In this document: piece by piece, positions 34,768 to 43,667 of the stretch
How positions within the stretch are numbered: position 1 is the stretch's first letter
How the letters are laid out: every line of letters begins with the position of its first letter
Assembly: GCA_036796755.1 (NCBI GenBank)
Contig: DAIRCJ010000002.1
Span: 1-54,801 of the forward strand
Source: Candidatus Geothermocultoraceae bacterium
GTDB taxonomy: Bacteria > Actinomycetota > Aquicultoria > SKW223 > CALKMS01
DNA: 54,801 nucleotides
Reading direction: 5' to 3'
Translations under genes and position numbers: made by a program
The notes under the pieces: generated by a model
What the model saw: the letters and a program-made list of their open reading frames with translations, nothing else
The model's database searches: none
Told to the model about the DNA's origin: nothing

Positions 34768-35817
34768 ATGCTTGAGGTTAAAGAGGCAAAAAAAGTTTTA
34801 GATGAGGCTTATTTTTTTATCCCCGATGCCAGCCCTTCCAGTTTCTATCGCTTTGTTTTCCCATTAAGACATTTTCGAAGCCAGGGTCTAAAACCTCATC
34901 TTTCCGCTGTTATTCAACCAGATTATTTTGAAAAGGGGCGAGTTTTCTTTTTTCAAAGGGTAGCCGATAGAAGCCTGTTTGACTTAAGCCTGGCTCTTAA
35001 AAATCAACCCCGGGCAATGGTTTTTGACCTTGATACTTACATTGAGCCTCCGCCTTACCATCCAAACTATCATTTTTATCATTCAATGAAACCTTACTTA
35101 GAAATGGTTATTCAGTCCGCTTCTTTTTTAACCGTCCCCACTTTAAAACTCAAAGAAGAGCTCAAAGATTATAATGAAAACATCTTCGTTTTGCCCAATA
35201 AATACAGCCGTGAAGTTCTGGAAGGAGTAAGGGAAGTAGAAAAGACCAAGCTTAAGCTGGAAGCCGGTTTACCTTCCCACTCAGTGGTTATTGGCTGGGC
35301 GGGAGCTCCTTTTAGTCTTCATGAGCTTGCCTTTCTGGAGAGGGTTTTGAACAGGCTTTTTGAGAAGTTTAACTACCTTTACTTTGCTGTCTGGGAAAGC
35401 GAACCTCAATTTCTTTCTCTACCTCAGGAAAGAAGAGTAAAGTTTGACTTTTTACCTCTTTCTTCTCTCTTTGTTTCCCTGGGGTTGGTCGACATTGGCA
35501 TTATCCCTGCAGAGAACACTCTTTTTAATCAATGTAAATCGGGGCGGATGGTTTTTGAGTATGGGCTGGCAAAGACAGCGGTTCTGGCCCAAAAAATTGA
35601 GCCTTTTGAAAATTTAAAGGGGAAGGGTGCTCCAATTGAGCTGGCGGGAAGCGATAAAGAGTGGGAAGAAAAACTGGTTGAAATGATAAAAGAGGACGAG
35701 AAACGATTTAGAAGAGGGGAGGAGCTTAGAAAGTGGGTGGAAAGCAACTGCTTTTTTGGCGAAAAAGAGGAAGAATGGGAAGTTTTTTTGAAAAAGTTGG
35801 CTGAGGTTTTGGAATGA
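34768..35817 (+). CDS. Putative GT-B-fold glycosyltransferase (paralog of 45076-46104)
   Basis: It shares the blocks 'VVIGWAG...H..DLAF', 'DIGI.P...N.FN..KS' and 'EYG' with ORF 45076-46104. Family assignment is tentative. Confidence 0.45.
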   Translation: MLEVKEAKKVLDEAYFFIPDASPSSFYRFVFPLRHFRSQGLKPHLSAVIQPDYFEKGRVFFFQRVADRSLFDLSLALKNQPRAMVFDLDTYIEPPPYHPNYHFYHSMKPYLEMVIQSASFLTVPTLKLKEELKDYNENIFVLPNKYSREVLEGVREVEKTKLKLEAGLPSHSVVIGWAGAPFSLHELAFLERVLNRLFEKFNYLYFAVWESEPQFLSLPQERRVKFDFLPLSSLFVSLGLVDIGIIPAENTLFNQCKSGRMVFEYGLAKTAVLAQKIEPFENLKGKGAPIELAGSDKEWEEKLVEMIKEDEKRFRRGEELRKWVESNCFFGEKEEEWEVFLKKLAEVLE

Positions 35818-36608
35818 AAAAAGACCGTTCTGTTTCAATCGTGATGCTTACTCATAATAATCTTTTTTACACCCGCCAGTGCGTAGAGAAATTAGAAGAA
35901 ACCACAGAAAATTATGAGCTGGTGATAGTGGATAATGCTTCAACCGATGGCACGGTAGAGTATCTTCAAAAACTGGAAAAGGAAAAGAAAAATTTAAAAG
36001 TAGCCTTGAACAAAACTAATCGGGGTTTTGCTGCTGGTTGTAACCAGGGAGTAAGACTGGCTCGCTATGGATTGGTCTGTCTTTTAAACAACGATATTCT
36101 TCCTTTTCCTGGTTGGCTGGATAAAATGAAAGAAGTTATGGAAAAAGGAGTAGGAGCAGTAGGAGCAAAGCTTATCTTTCCCGACTATAACCTCCAGCAT
36201 TGCGGAATAGTTTTTGAGTATCGTCAGCAACCGGCGCCTCATTTCTGGCCCTATCATCGTTTCTTTGGCTTTCCCGAAGAAATTGAAGAGGCAAATCAAT
36301 TAGAAGAAGTGCCAGCTGTTACAGCGGCCTGTCTTTTAACCACCAAAACGGTCTGGGACCGGGTTGATGGGATGGATGAGGGCTACATCATCGCTAACTT
36401 TGAGGATGTGGATTTTAATTTAAAATTGAGAGAAGCCGGTTTCAAGATCCTTTATCAGCCGGAAGCGCGCCTCATTCATTACTGGGGACAGACGGTAAAA
36501 TCTAAAAAGGATGAGCTTGACTCACCTCACCGTTATTTTCAGATGAACTTTGAGAGGTTGATGATTAAGTGGTATCAAAAGTTAACCCTGGGGCTGGCTC
36601 GAGTGTGA
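35814..36608 (+). CDS. Family 2 glycosyltransferase
   Basis: 'VSIVMLTHNN', 'VIVDNASTDGT', 'NRGFAAGCNQG' and 'LLNNDI' are typical GT2 (rhamnosyltransferase-like) motifs. Confidence 0.8.
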   Translation: MKKDRSVSIVMLTHNNLFYTRQCVEKLEETTENYELVIVDNASTDGTVEYLQKLEKEKKNLKVALNKTNRGFAAGCNQGVRLARYGLVCLLNNDILPFPGWLDKMKEVMEKGVGAVGAKLIFPDYNLQHCGIVFEYRQQPAPHFWPYHRFFGFPEEIEEANQLEEVPAVTAACLLTTKTVWDRVDGMDEGYIIANFEDVDFNLKLREAGFKILYQPEARLIHYWGQTVKSKKDELDSPHRYFQMNFERLMIKWYQKLTLGLARV

Positions 36609-36654
36609 TTAAAAGTTTAATTTCTTTATCTGGATTTATCTGGGAGGGGTTAGA

Positions 36655-39228
36655 ATGGAGAAAAAACCTTTGGTAAGCATAGTTTTGCCGGTTTATAACG
36701 GGAAGGAAACGGTAGGGAAAGCCCTGGAAGCCATCTTTAACCAGTCTTATCCTTTTTTTGAAGTGATTGTTGTGGACGATGGCTCAACTGATGGGACGCG
36801 GGAAGAGTTAGAGAAGTTTAAGGAAAGAGAAAATTTTAAGGTAGTATATCAAGAAAACCAGGGAGCTCCCCGAGCCAGGAATAAGGGAGCGGAGTTAGCT
36901 CGAGGCGAATACCTCCTTTTTGTAGATGCGGATACCCTTCTTTATCCTCAATGCCTGGAAAAAATGGTGGAAACTCTTCTTTCCCACCCGGAAGCCAGTT
37001 ACGCTTATTGTGACTATAAGATGACGGGATGGCGGGAAGGAATTCATAAAGCTTCCCCTTTTGACCCGGAGCTTTTGAGAAAAACAAATTACATTAGTTG
37101 CACTTCTCTGGTAGATATAAAGGTATTTCCCGGGTGGGACCCAAAGATTCGGGGTTTACAGGACTGGGATCTCTGGCTAACTCTGCTTGACCAGGGTCAC
37201 ACTGGCGTTTACCTTCCCGAGGTTCTGTTCGAAGCCATTCAGCGGGAAGACTCCATCACGGGAAGCTGGGTCAGAAATCATTGGTCAGAAGCGGTTTCTT
37301 CGGTCCTGGCTAAACATCAAAAGGTGGCTATTTTTACTCTCACTAAGGATAGGCTTGAGTATACTCAAAGAATGTTTGCTTCTCTTGATAAATTTACCCA
37401 TATTCCTTATGACCACTTCATTGTGGATCAAGGTTCAACCGATGGAACGCGTGAATTTTTAAAAAAGATGATGGAGGAAAGAAAAAACTTAAAAGTAATT
37501 TTTAATGAGGATAATAAGGGCATTTCTATCGGTTCCAACCAGGCTTTAGAAGCAATTGGAGATAAGTATGATTACATAATGAAGCTGGATAATGACTGCG
37601 AAATTCTTTCGGACAACTGGCTTTATGAACTTATTCGTTTAATAATTTACTCCAATAACGTTCTGGTTTTATCTCCTTATGTGGAAGGTTTGGTGGAGCA
37701 TAAAGGAGGGGTTCCGCGTTACTTTTCTCTTAAGCTCCTCGGGCATGAAATAGGCTTAACTTTGCATCTGGGAGGAATTTCAGTTATCTCTTCAGCCGCA
37801 GCTTATCAGGGTTTTCGCTTTGACGAGAAGGATACCTTAAGTGGTGTCCAGGATGTTTCCTTTTCTCGCCAGGTGATTTCTCGCGGTTTCCTAATGGGGT
37901 ATGTTGAAGATTTAAAAGTCGAGCATATGGACACCACCACCGGCCAGAAGAAAAAATTTCCCCAGTATTTCGAGGAAAGGGAGAAGGTTGAAAGTAAGAC
38001 TTCTTACGCTGGACTGAAAGATAGTACTTCGAAACTATTGATTGGGGATGAAGTTTTAAGAGGAAATATTAATACTCCTGAGTACTGGGATAAACGATAT
38101 CAAGAGAAAATCAGGCGCCGGGAAGAAGACATTGACCCTTTCCGCTTCCAGGCGCTTTTAGAATTTGTCCCGGCTAAAGGGCGTTTGATAGATGTTGGTT
38201 GTGGATTGGGAGAGTTCCTGCGCTACGCAAGAAAAATAAAGCCTTCGCTTGAGCTTTTCGGGGTCGATTTCTCCCAGAAAGCTATTGAGCGCAATCGCGA
38301 ACTGGATGGTGAGAGCATCTCTTATAAGGTTTGTTCGGCGGAAAAAGTTGATTTTGAAGACAATTTTTTTGATGTGGTGATAGCCGGGGAGCTACTGGAA
38401 CATTTAACTGAGCCTGAAGATTTTATCAGAGAAGCGAAGAGGATTTTAAAACCCGAGGGTCGACTTTTATTGACTCTTCCTTATGAAGACCGAGTTAAAG
38501 ACCCCGAACACGTGCGATACTATTTTCGCTCAGATTTAATAGATTTGTTATCTCCTTACTTCCGACTGGTTGAAGTTACGCCTATCAGGCCTCTGGGAGA
38601 AAACTACGCTTTAGTTACGGCAACTGATGCTGGGCCAAAGGTGTCCATTGATCTTGATGACTTTTCCAGGGATAACAATCGCCTGGACTTGCTAGAAAGG
38701 CTAAAAGAGATTTTCCCCGATTTTAAAATAACTCTTTTTACTATTCCCGCTCAGTCTCCGGAAGACTGGCTTAAGAGTTTGGCTGAGTATGGCTATCTGT
38801 ATTTTGCTTTGCACGGTTTCGAACACAGGTATTTAGAGTGCTCAAGCTGGAGTTACGAGGAAGCAAAGGAGAAAATAACCAAAGCTTTCTCTAAGTTTTA
38901 TCTTAAAGGTTTTAAGGCTCCTTACTGGGCTGTCTCGGAGGGCCTTTTTAGAGCTTTGAAAGAACTGGGCTTCTGGGTGGCCGACCAGGACATTGCTCCA
39001 GCTCCTGAATTTCTTCCTCATTATCGGTATAACTGGTTAATTGATAAACCAGTGCCTCTTTTTCCTGAAATAAGGGGTCATGGTCATGTTCAAAATGTTT
39101 GCGGGAACGGTCTGGAGGAGTGCTTTTCAAATTTGGTAAGTTCTCTGGAGAAGATTAAAGAAATGGCTGGCGAGAAAGAAGAATTTTTTGTCACTGCTGA
39201 CTGGGCTGTTCGATTTCTTTACGGCTAA
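36655..39228 (+). CDS. Four-domain fusion protein: GT2 + GT2 + class I SAM methyltransferase + C-terminal polysaccharide-deacetylase/DUF2334-like domain
   Basis: - Domain 1: 'VSIVLPVYNG...VIVVDDGSTDGT...FVDAD'.
- Domain 2: 'VAIFTLTKDR...FIVDQGSTDGT...KLDNDCE'.
- Domain 3: 'LIDVGCGLGEF...VVIAGELLEHL'.
- Domain 4: 'VSIDLDDF...LFTIP...ALHGFEH...FKAPYW'. Confidence 0.75.
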   Translation: MEKKPLVSIVLPVYNGKETVGKALEAIFNQSYPFFEVIVVDDGSTDGTREELEKFKERENFKVVYQENQGAPRARNKGAELARGEYLLFVDADTLLYPQCLEKMVETLLSHPEASYAYCDYKMTGWREGIHKASPFDPELLRKTNYISCTSLVDIKVFPGWDPKIRGLQDWDLWLTLLDQGHTGVYLPEVLFEAIQREDSITGSWVRNHWSEAVSSVLAKHQKVAIFTLTKDRLEYTQRMFASLDKFTHIPYDHFIVDQGSTDGTREFLKKMMEERKNLKVIFNEDNKGISIGSNQALEAIGDKYDYIMKLDNDCEILSDNWLYELIRLIIYSNNVLVLSPYVEGLVEHKGGVPRYFSLKLLGHEIGLTLHLGGISVISSAAAYQGFRFDEKDTLSGVQDVSFSRQVISRGFLMGYVEDLKVEHMDTTTGQKKKFPQYFEEREKVESKTSYAGLKDSTSKLLIGDEVLRGNINTPEYWDKRYQEKIRRREEDIDPFRFQALLEFVPAKGRLIDVGCGLGEFLRYARKIKPSLELFGVDFSQKAIERNRELDGESISYKVCSAEKVDFEDNFFDVVIAGELLEHLTEPEDFIREAKRILKPEGRLLLTLPYEDRVKDPEHVRYYFRSDLIDLLSPYFRLVEVTPIRPLGENYALVTATDAGPKVSIDLDDFSRDNNRLDLLERLKEIFPDFKITLFTIPAQSPEDWLKSLAEYGYLYFALHGFEHRYLECSSWSYEEAKEKITKAFSKFYLKGFKAPYWAVSEGLFRALKELGFWVADQDIAPAPEFLPHYRYNWLIDKPVPLFPEIRGHGHVQNVCGNGLEECFSNLVSSLEKIKEMAGEKEEFFVTADWAVRFLYG

Positions 39229-39258
39229 AACTGCTAATCGGCGAATTAGAAGTTTGGT

Positions 39259-39708
39259 TTAAGGGATAGGAAGGTAGCAAAGAAAAACAGGCTCGTAAAC
39301 ATTACCTTCTCTTATTATTCCCAACAAATCTTTTTTTTCTCAACAATGGTAACTCACCTTCTTCTAATAATTATTAAGGAACCATTTTTTAAAGTTGATT
39401 ATCAGGTGGGACGGTAGTTGGAGAGGTACTCATTACCTCCTTTACTTTTATATTGTTTACCTCTCAAAAGCTTTCCTACATTTTTTAAAGTCTATTACTG
39501 GAGTTGGATTTTGAAAAAATTGTGCATAGTCTGATACATAGCTTTTGAAATATCTTTTTCCGAGATAACACTGACTACTTTATTCTGGTCGTCTACTACC
39601 GGTAGGTCGGCGATGTTGTGAAGAAAGATAAGATAAACTGCTTTGCTCCACTTTATCTTCAGGTTTTACCTTATGGACATAGTTTTTCATTACTTCTTCC
39701 GCTTTCAT
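39259..39708 (-). pseudogene. Decayed CBS-pair domain gene (multiple frameshifts/stops)
   Basis: On the minus strand, an ATG at 39708 follows AGGTAGGAG. 'MKAEEVMKNYVHKVKPEDKVEQ' breaks frame and continues as 'VYLILFLHNIADLPVVDDQNKVVSVISEKDISKAM'. A second CBS fragment, 'VKEVMSTSPTTVPPDNQL' ... 'LLGIIREGNVYE', lies in other frames. Confidence 0.55.
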
Positions 39709-39829
39709 CAGCTTAAACTCCTACCTTTGTTTAAATTGTTACAATTAAATTATAGCAAATTTTTGAAAAGGGAAAAAGAAACTTCAAAATTTTGAGATAA
39801 ACTTGGAATAAAAAGCTAAAAAGGTTTAA

Positions 39830-40332
39830 ATGGTATAACAAAAAATAAGGGGAGTTTATCAGGAGCTTTTAAGTAGAGCTTTAAAAAAACTAAAGGCTTT
39901 TTACCAAGAAAATCTGGTTTCAGTAGTAGTTTTTAGATCTGTAGCCAGAGAAACGCCGAGTCCTGAATCCGACCTTGGTGTTTTAATAGTTTGCGAAGAG
40001 CTTCCCCGGGGGTGAGAAAAAGGTTGGAAGAGTGTATGAAAATAGAAGAGGATTTGAGTGAATCAATTCGCGAAGCGGAAAGAAAAGGGGTAAGAACGGA
40101 GATTTCACCAGTTCTAAAAACCCGGGAAGAGGTAAAAAAAAGTTAGCCTCCTTTTTCCTGATTTTGTAGAAGAGGCAAAAATTCTCTATAATGGGGATTT
40201 ATTTTTTTCTTCTTTTCTGGAGGAGTTCAAAAAAAGCTGGAAGAATTAGAAGCGAAAAGGATAAAGCAGGGCGACCGCTGGTATTGGGTTCTCAAGCCAA
40301 ATTTCAAACCGGGCGAGGTGTTTGAGATTTGA
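39830..40332 (+). pseudogene. Decayed nucleotidyltransferase (MNT-type antitoxin) gene
   Basis: It starts ATG GTA TAA, so codon 3 is a nonsense codon. It then reads 'YQELLSRALKKLKAFYQENLVSVVVFRSVARETPSPESDLGVLIVCEELPRG', followed by frameshifts at G/A/T homopolymers: 'RKRLEECMKIEEDL...PVLKTREEVKK', 'FLDFVEEAKILYNGDLFF', 'LEELEAKRIKQGDRWYWVLKPNFKPGEVFEI*'. Confidence 0.65.
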
Positions 40333-40756
40333 CCAACCTTATGCTGGCTCAGAGTTATTTAATAAAAATAAAAGCTAAAAAACGCTTGCGGGCATTGGAA
40401 GTTTTACTGGAAGAGGAAGCTTATTCAGATGTAGTTCGGGAAGCTCAAGAAATAGTTGAACTTTCACTTAAGGGAATTTTAAGAGCAATTGGGGTTGAAC
40501 CTCCAAAGTGGCATGATGTTGGAAGTTTAGTTTTGGAGGATCGCGAGAAGTCGGGGAAGAAATAGCCAGTCAGGCAAAGAGAATAGCTCAGATTTCTAAA
40601 AGTTTGAGGCAAGAAAGAGAGCTTTCTTTTTATGGTGAAGTGGATTTCATTCTGACTGAGTCTTACAATAAGGAAGACGCTCATTTGGCTTACCGGGAAG
40701 CTCAGGAAATAGTTTTTCTAGCTGGGAAAGTAATTCCCCTTAACAAAAAACCTTAA
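40329..40756 (+). pseudogene. Frameshifted HEPN-domain (toxin-type) gene, 4-nt overlap with the MNT remnant
   Basis: 'MLAQSYLIKIKAKKRLRALEVLLEEEAYSDVVREAQEIVELSLKGILRAIGVEPPKWHDVGSL' stops at 40565. The family-typical C-terminus 'EEIASQAKRIAQISKSLRQERELSFYGE...YNKEDAHLAYREAQEIV' continues in the +1 frame to 40756. Confidence 0.65.
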
Positions 40757-40820
40757 AAAAGAAAAGCTGGGAGTTTTGGATACTAGTCTTTTGATTGCCC
40801 TTTTTGAGCTGAGAGCTTTC

Positions 40821-40840
40821 TGAGGGAAAATTTTGAAATG
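40821..40840 (+). repeat. Partial copy F of the dispersed repeat tail ('tgagggaaaattttgaaatg')
   Basis: Near-identical to 'tgagggaaaatttgaaag' in copy B (7488-7505). It lies between convergent gene ends. Confidence 0.35.
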
Positions 40841-40882
40841 TTCCTTCGTATTTGTAAGTATAGTATAAATTGGAGTTTTCTT

Positions 40883-42256
40883 TTAAATGAGTTTTTTAAT
40901 TTTCTGTTGGGCGTCCAGAGCCGCGTCTCCGATAACTTCTGCTATTGTCGGATGAGTGTAAATATGAGAGGCAAGCTCTTTTAAATTGGCTCCGCTTCTC
41001 ATTGCCACTGAGATTATCTGAACAAGCTCGGAAGCACTTTCTCCAAAAATATGGGCTCCGAGAATTCTTCCGCCTGGACTTTCGGCGATTATTTTTACTA
41101 TCCCCTCTTCTAATGACTCAGCCCAGTAAACTCCTTCTTCTCTGAGCTTAGCTTTTCCTACCACGTAAGCGAGACCAGTTTTTTTAACTTCTTCTTCAGT
41201 CAATCCGACACTTCCGATTTCCGGTTGAAAGTAAATGGCTCGGGGAACTATTGAGTAATCAACAGTTTCAACATTGCTTTCAATTGCGTTTTTAGCGGCC
41301 AGATTTCCTTCATAATAGGCTACTGAGGTAAGCATAAAACCGCCAATACAGTCGCCTGCGGCATAGATATGGGGCTGGCTGGTCTGGAGAAACTCATTGA
41401 CTTTTATTCCTTTCCTGTCTGCTTCCAAACCGGCTTTGTCAAGTTCAAGGTGTTCAAGATTGGGAATTCTTCCTAGAGCGTTCATAACCAAAGGAAAGAT
41501 AGAAGTTCTTTCCTTGCCCGATTGCTCGTAGGTAAGCTCAAAACCCTTCTTGGTCTGGTTTATTTTTTTAACCATAGATGAGCTAAAGATAGTTATACCT
41601 TTTTTTCTCATTGAGCTTTCCAGAGCTCTTGATATTTCTTCGTCTTCACTGCTGGCTAATCTTTCTCTCATTTCAATCAGGGTTACCTTAACTCCGGCCT
41701 GAGAAAAAATATAGGCAAACTCTAAAGCCACCGCTCCCCCGCCCAGAATAGCTATTTCCTCAGGCAAAGAGGGCAGGTTAAAGGCTTCGTCGCTGGTCAG
41801 GCAGTTTTGAATTCCTTCCACCGGTGGCAGTGCGACTCGGGAACCGCAAGCAACTATTATTTTTTTCGCTTTCACTCTTTCCTTTCCAGCTTTTAATTCA
41901 TTGGGGCTCAAAAAAGTGGCTTTTTCGGGGATTAAATCTACCTTCCAGCGTTTGATGGCTTCATTTCTCTTTTCTCTGAGGAAGTTTACTATATCATCTT
42001 TTCTTTTCCGGGCTTTTTCCCAGTTGAACCTAGCTGAACTTATTTCTATTCCAAATTCATGAGCTTTCTTAACTGTTTCAGCTACCTTTCCCGACCTTAC
42101 CAAGGCCTTTTTGGGGATACACCCCCTGTTAAGTCAGGTGCCGCCTAAATTACCGTAGTCAGCGAGTCCAACTTTTAAATTTGCTTTAGCGGCACGGGCA
42201 GCAGCTGCCATTCCAGCCGTTCCGCCTCCGATGACAAAAAAGTCGTATTCTTTCAT
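40883..42256 (-). CDS. Class-I pyridine nucleotide-disulfide oxidoreductase (Lpd/MerA/GR family) with in-frame UGA (42134-42136) at the first redox-active Cys; candidate selenoprotein
   Basis: ATG at 42256 follows AAGGAG. 'MKEYDFFVIGGGTAGMAAAARAAKANLKVGLADYGNLGGT-U-LNRGCIPKKAL' is in frame (codon 41) with ORF 40883-42103. It has a second Rossmann fold 'ILGGGAVALEFA' and the C-terminal dimerisation-domain motif 'HIYTHPTIAEV'. Confidence 0.75.
42093..42126 (-). promoter_or_regulatory. Candidate SECIS hairpin(s) downstream of the oxidoreductase UGA
   Basis: The minus-strand RNA after the UGA reads CUUAACA-GGGG-GUGUAU-CCCC-AAAAA-GGCCUU-GGU-AAGGUC. It offers two stem-loops. The second (42093-42107) has six pairs including one G-U, and a GGU apical loop. 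Confidence 0.4.
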
Positions 42257-42401
42257 TTATTACTCCTTTTATTAAAATTACTCCTTTTATTAAAATCATA
42301 ACAAAGTAGTTTTTTGGGGTAAAATCTTCCGAAGAATTAGATTTTTTTGTTTTTTTGACCTTCTCAAGAGGTTGAGAGGAGAAGTTTTTTGCTTCCTTAA
42401 G

Positions 42402-42510
42402 CCTTCTTCCATTCTCCTTCTTTCCTCGTTTCTCCCTCAGGTATAAAGGGGCAGAAGGGATTTAGAGACTAAAGAAAAATTTGAAAGTAAAAATTTATTT
42501 CAGCATTTCA
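42402..42510 (+). repeat. Copy D of the dispersed intergenic repeat
   Basis: 'gccttcttccattctccttctttcctcgtttctccctcaggtataaagggg' + 'aaagaaaaATTTGAAAG' (42479-42487) + 'tttatttcagcatttcaga'. Confidence 0.45.
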
Positions 42511-42590
42511 GAGTGGTGGAAAGTTTGAACCTGGTCACAAAACCTGGTGATTTGGAAAATCCTGCCTGGAAAAGTAAAATTAGTTTCAAG

Positions 42591-43652
42591 ATGAAAGGAC
42601 TGGTTTTGTCAGGTGGAACGGGCACGCGTTTGAGGCCTATAACTCATACCTCAGCCAAGCAGTTAATCCCCATTGCCAACAAGCCGGTGCTTTTTTATGT
42701 TTTAGAGCAGCTCAAGGAAGCTGGAATTGAAGAAGTAGGAATTGTGGTTGGGGAAACTAAAAAAGAAGTAAAGGAAGCAGTTGGTGATGGGAGCCGTTTT
42801 GGTTTAAAAGTGACCTATATTGAACAGGAAGCTCCTTTAGGGTTAGCTCACGCTGTAAAGATTTCTCGTTCCTTTTTAAAGGATGACGACTTCGTGATGT
42901 TTTTAGGTGACAATCTAGTTAAAGATGGAATTAAAACTTTTGTGGAGGAGTTTGAAAAAGAAAAACCCAACAGCTTAATTTTGCTAGCTCGAGTACCGGA
43001 ACCTCAACGTTTTGGTGTGGCTGAGCTTTCTAATGGAAAGGTTGTTAGGCTTGTTGAAAAACCCCAGGTTCCTCCCAGCGACTTAGCTCTGGTCGGGGTT
43101 TATCTTTTTGATAAAAATATTTTTCAGGTGGTGGAGGACTTGAAGCCTTCTTTCCGGGGAGAACTGGAAATTACCGATGCCATTCAGAGACTTATTGACC
43201 GGGGTTTTGAAGTTAAGCCTCACATTATTGACGGATGGTGGAAAGACACCGGTAAATTAGAGGATATTCTGGAGGCTAACCGAATTATGCTTTCAGAAAT
43301 CAAAAAGAGGATTGAAGGCAAAGTTGACGAACAGTCAGAAATAGCGGGTGAGGTAGTTTTAGAAAAAGGGGCGGAAGTTATAAGAAGCACCATTAGAGGA
43401 CCGGTTATTATTGGTGAAAAAAGCCGAATTGTTGATAGTTATATTGGCCCGTTTACTTCTATTTACTATGAATCTGAAATTGTAAAAAGCGAAGTTGAAC
43501 ACTCGGTTATCCTGGAAAAAGTGAAAATCAGCGGGGTTGTCCGATTGGAAGACAGCTTAATTGGTAAATCAGTGATTATCCGCAAAAGTCCGCGAAGGCC
43601 TAAAGCTTTTCGCTTTTTAATAGGTGACCAGAGTAATATAGAGATACCTTAG
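42591..43652 (+). CDS. rmlA: Glucose-1-phosphate thymidylyl/nucleotidyltransferase, long form with C-terminal left-handed beta-helix
   Basis: 'MKGLVLSGGTGTRLRPITHTSAKQLIP' (G-x-G-T-R-L signature) and 'GDNL', then hexapeptide-like repeats at the C-terminus. I prefer the ATG at 42591 over the GTG at 42513. Confidence 0.8.
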   Translation: MKGLVLSGGTGTRLRPITHTSAKQLIPIANKPVLFYVLEQLKEAGIEEVGIVVGETKKEVKEAVGDGSRFGLKVTYIEQEAPLGLAHAVKISRSFLKDDDFVMFLGDNLVKDGIKTFVEEFEKEKPNSLILLARVPEPQRFGVAELSNGKVVRLVEKPQVPPSDLALVGVYLFDKNIFQVVEDLKPSFRGELEITDAIQRLIDRGFEVKPHIIDGWWKDTGKLEDILEANRIMLSEIKKRIEGKVDEQSEIAGEVVLEKGAEVIRSTIRGPVIIGEKSRIVDSYIGPFTSIYYESEIVKSEVEHSVILEKVKISGVVRLEDSLIGKSVIIRKSPRRPKAFRFLIGDQSNIEIP

Positions 43653-43667
43653 GTTTTAGGAGGGAAA

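Noticed and set aside
42479-42487. ATTTGAAAG (containing TTGAAA) as a plain sigma70 -35 box explaining all its intergenic occurrences.
   Set aside because: Several copies have no acceptable -10 at 16-18 nt. Copy B points into the 3' end of a minus-strand gene, and copy F lies between convergent genes. The motif travels with a larger conserved hairpin-containing unit, so I treat it as part of a repeat element. Individual copies may still supply promoter activity.
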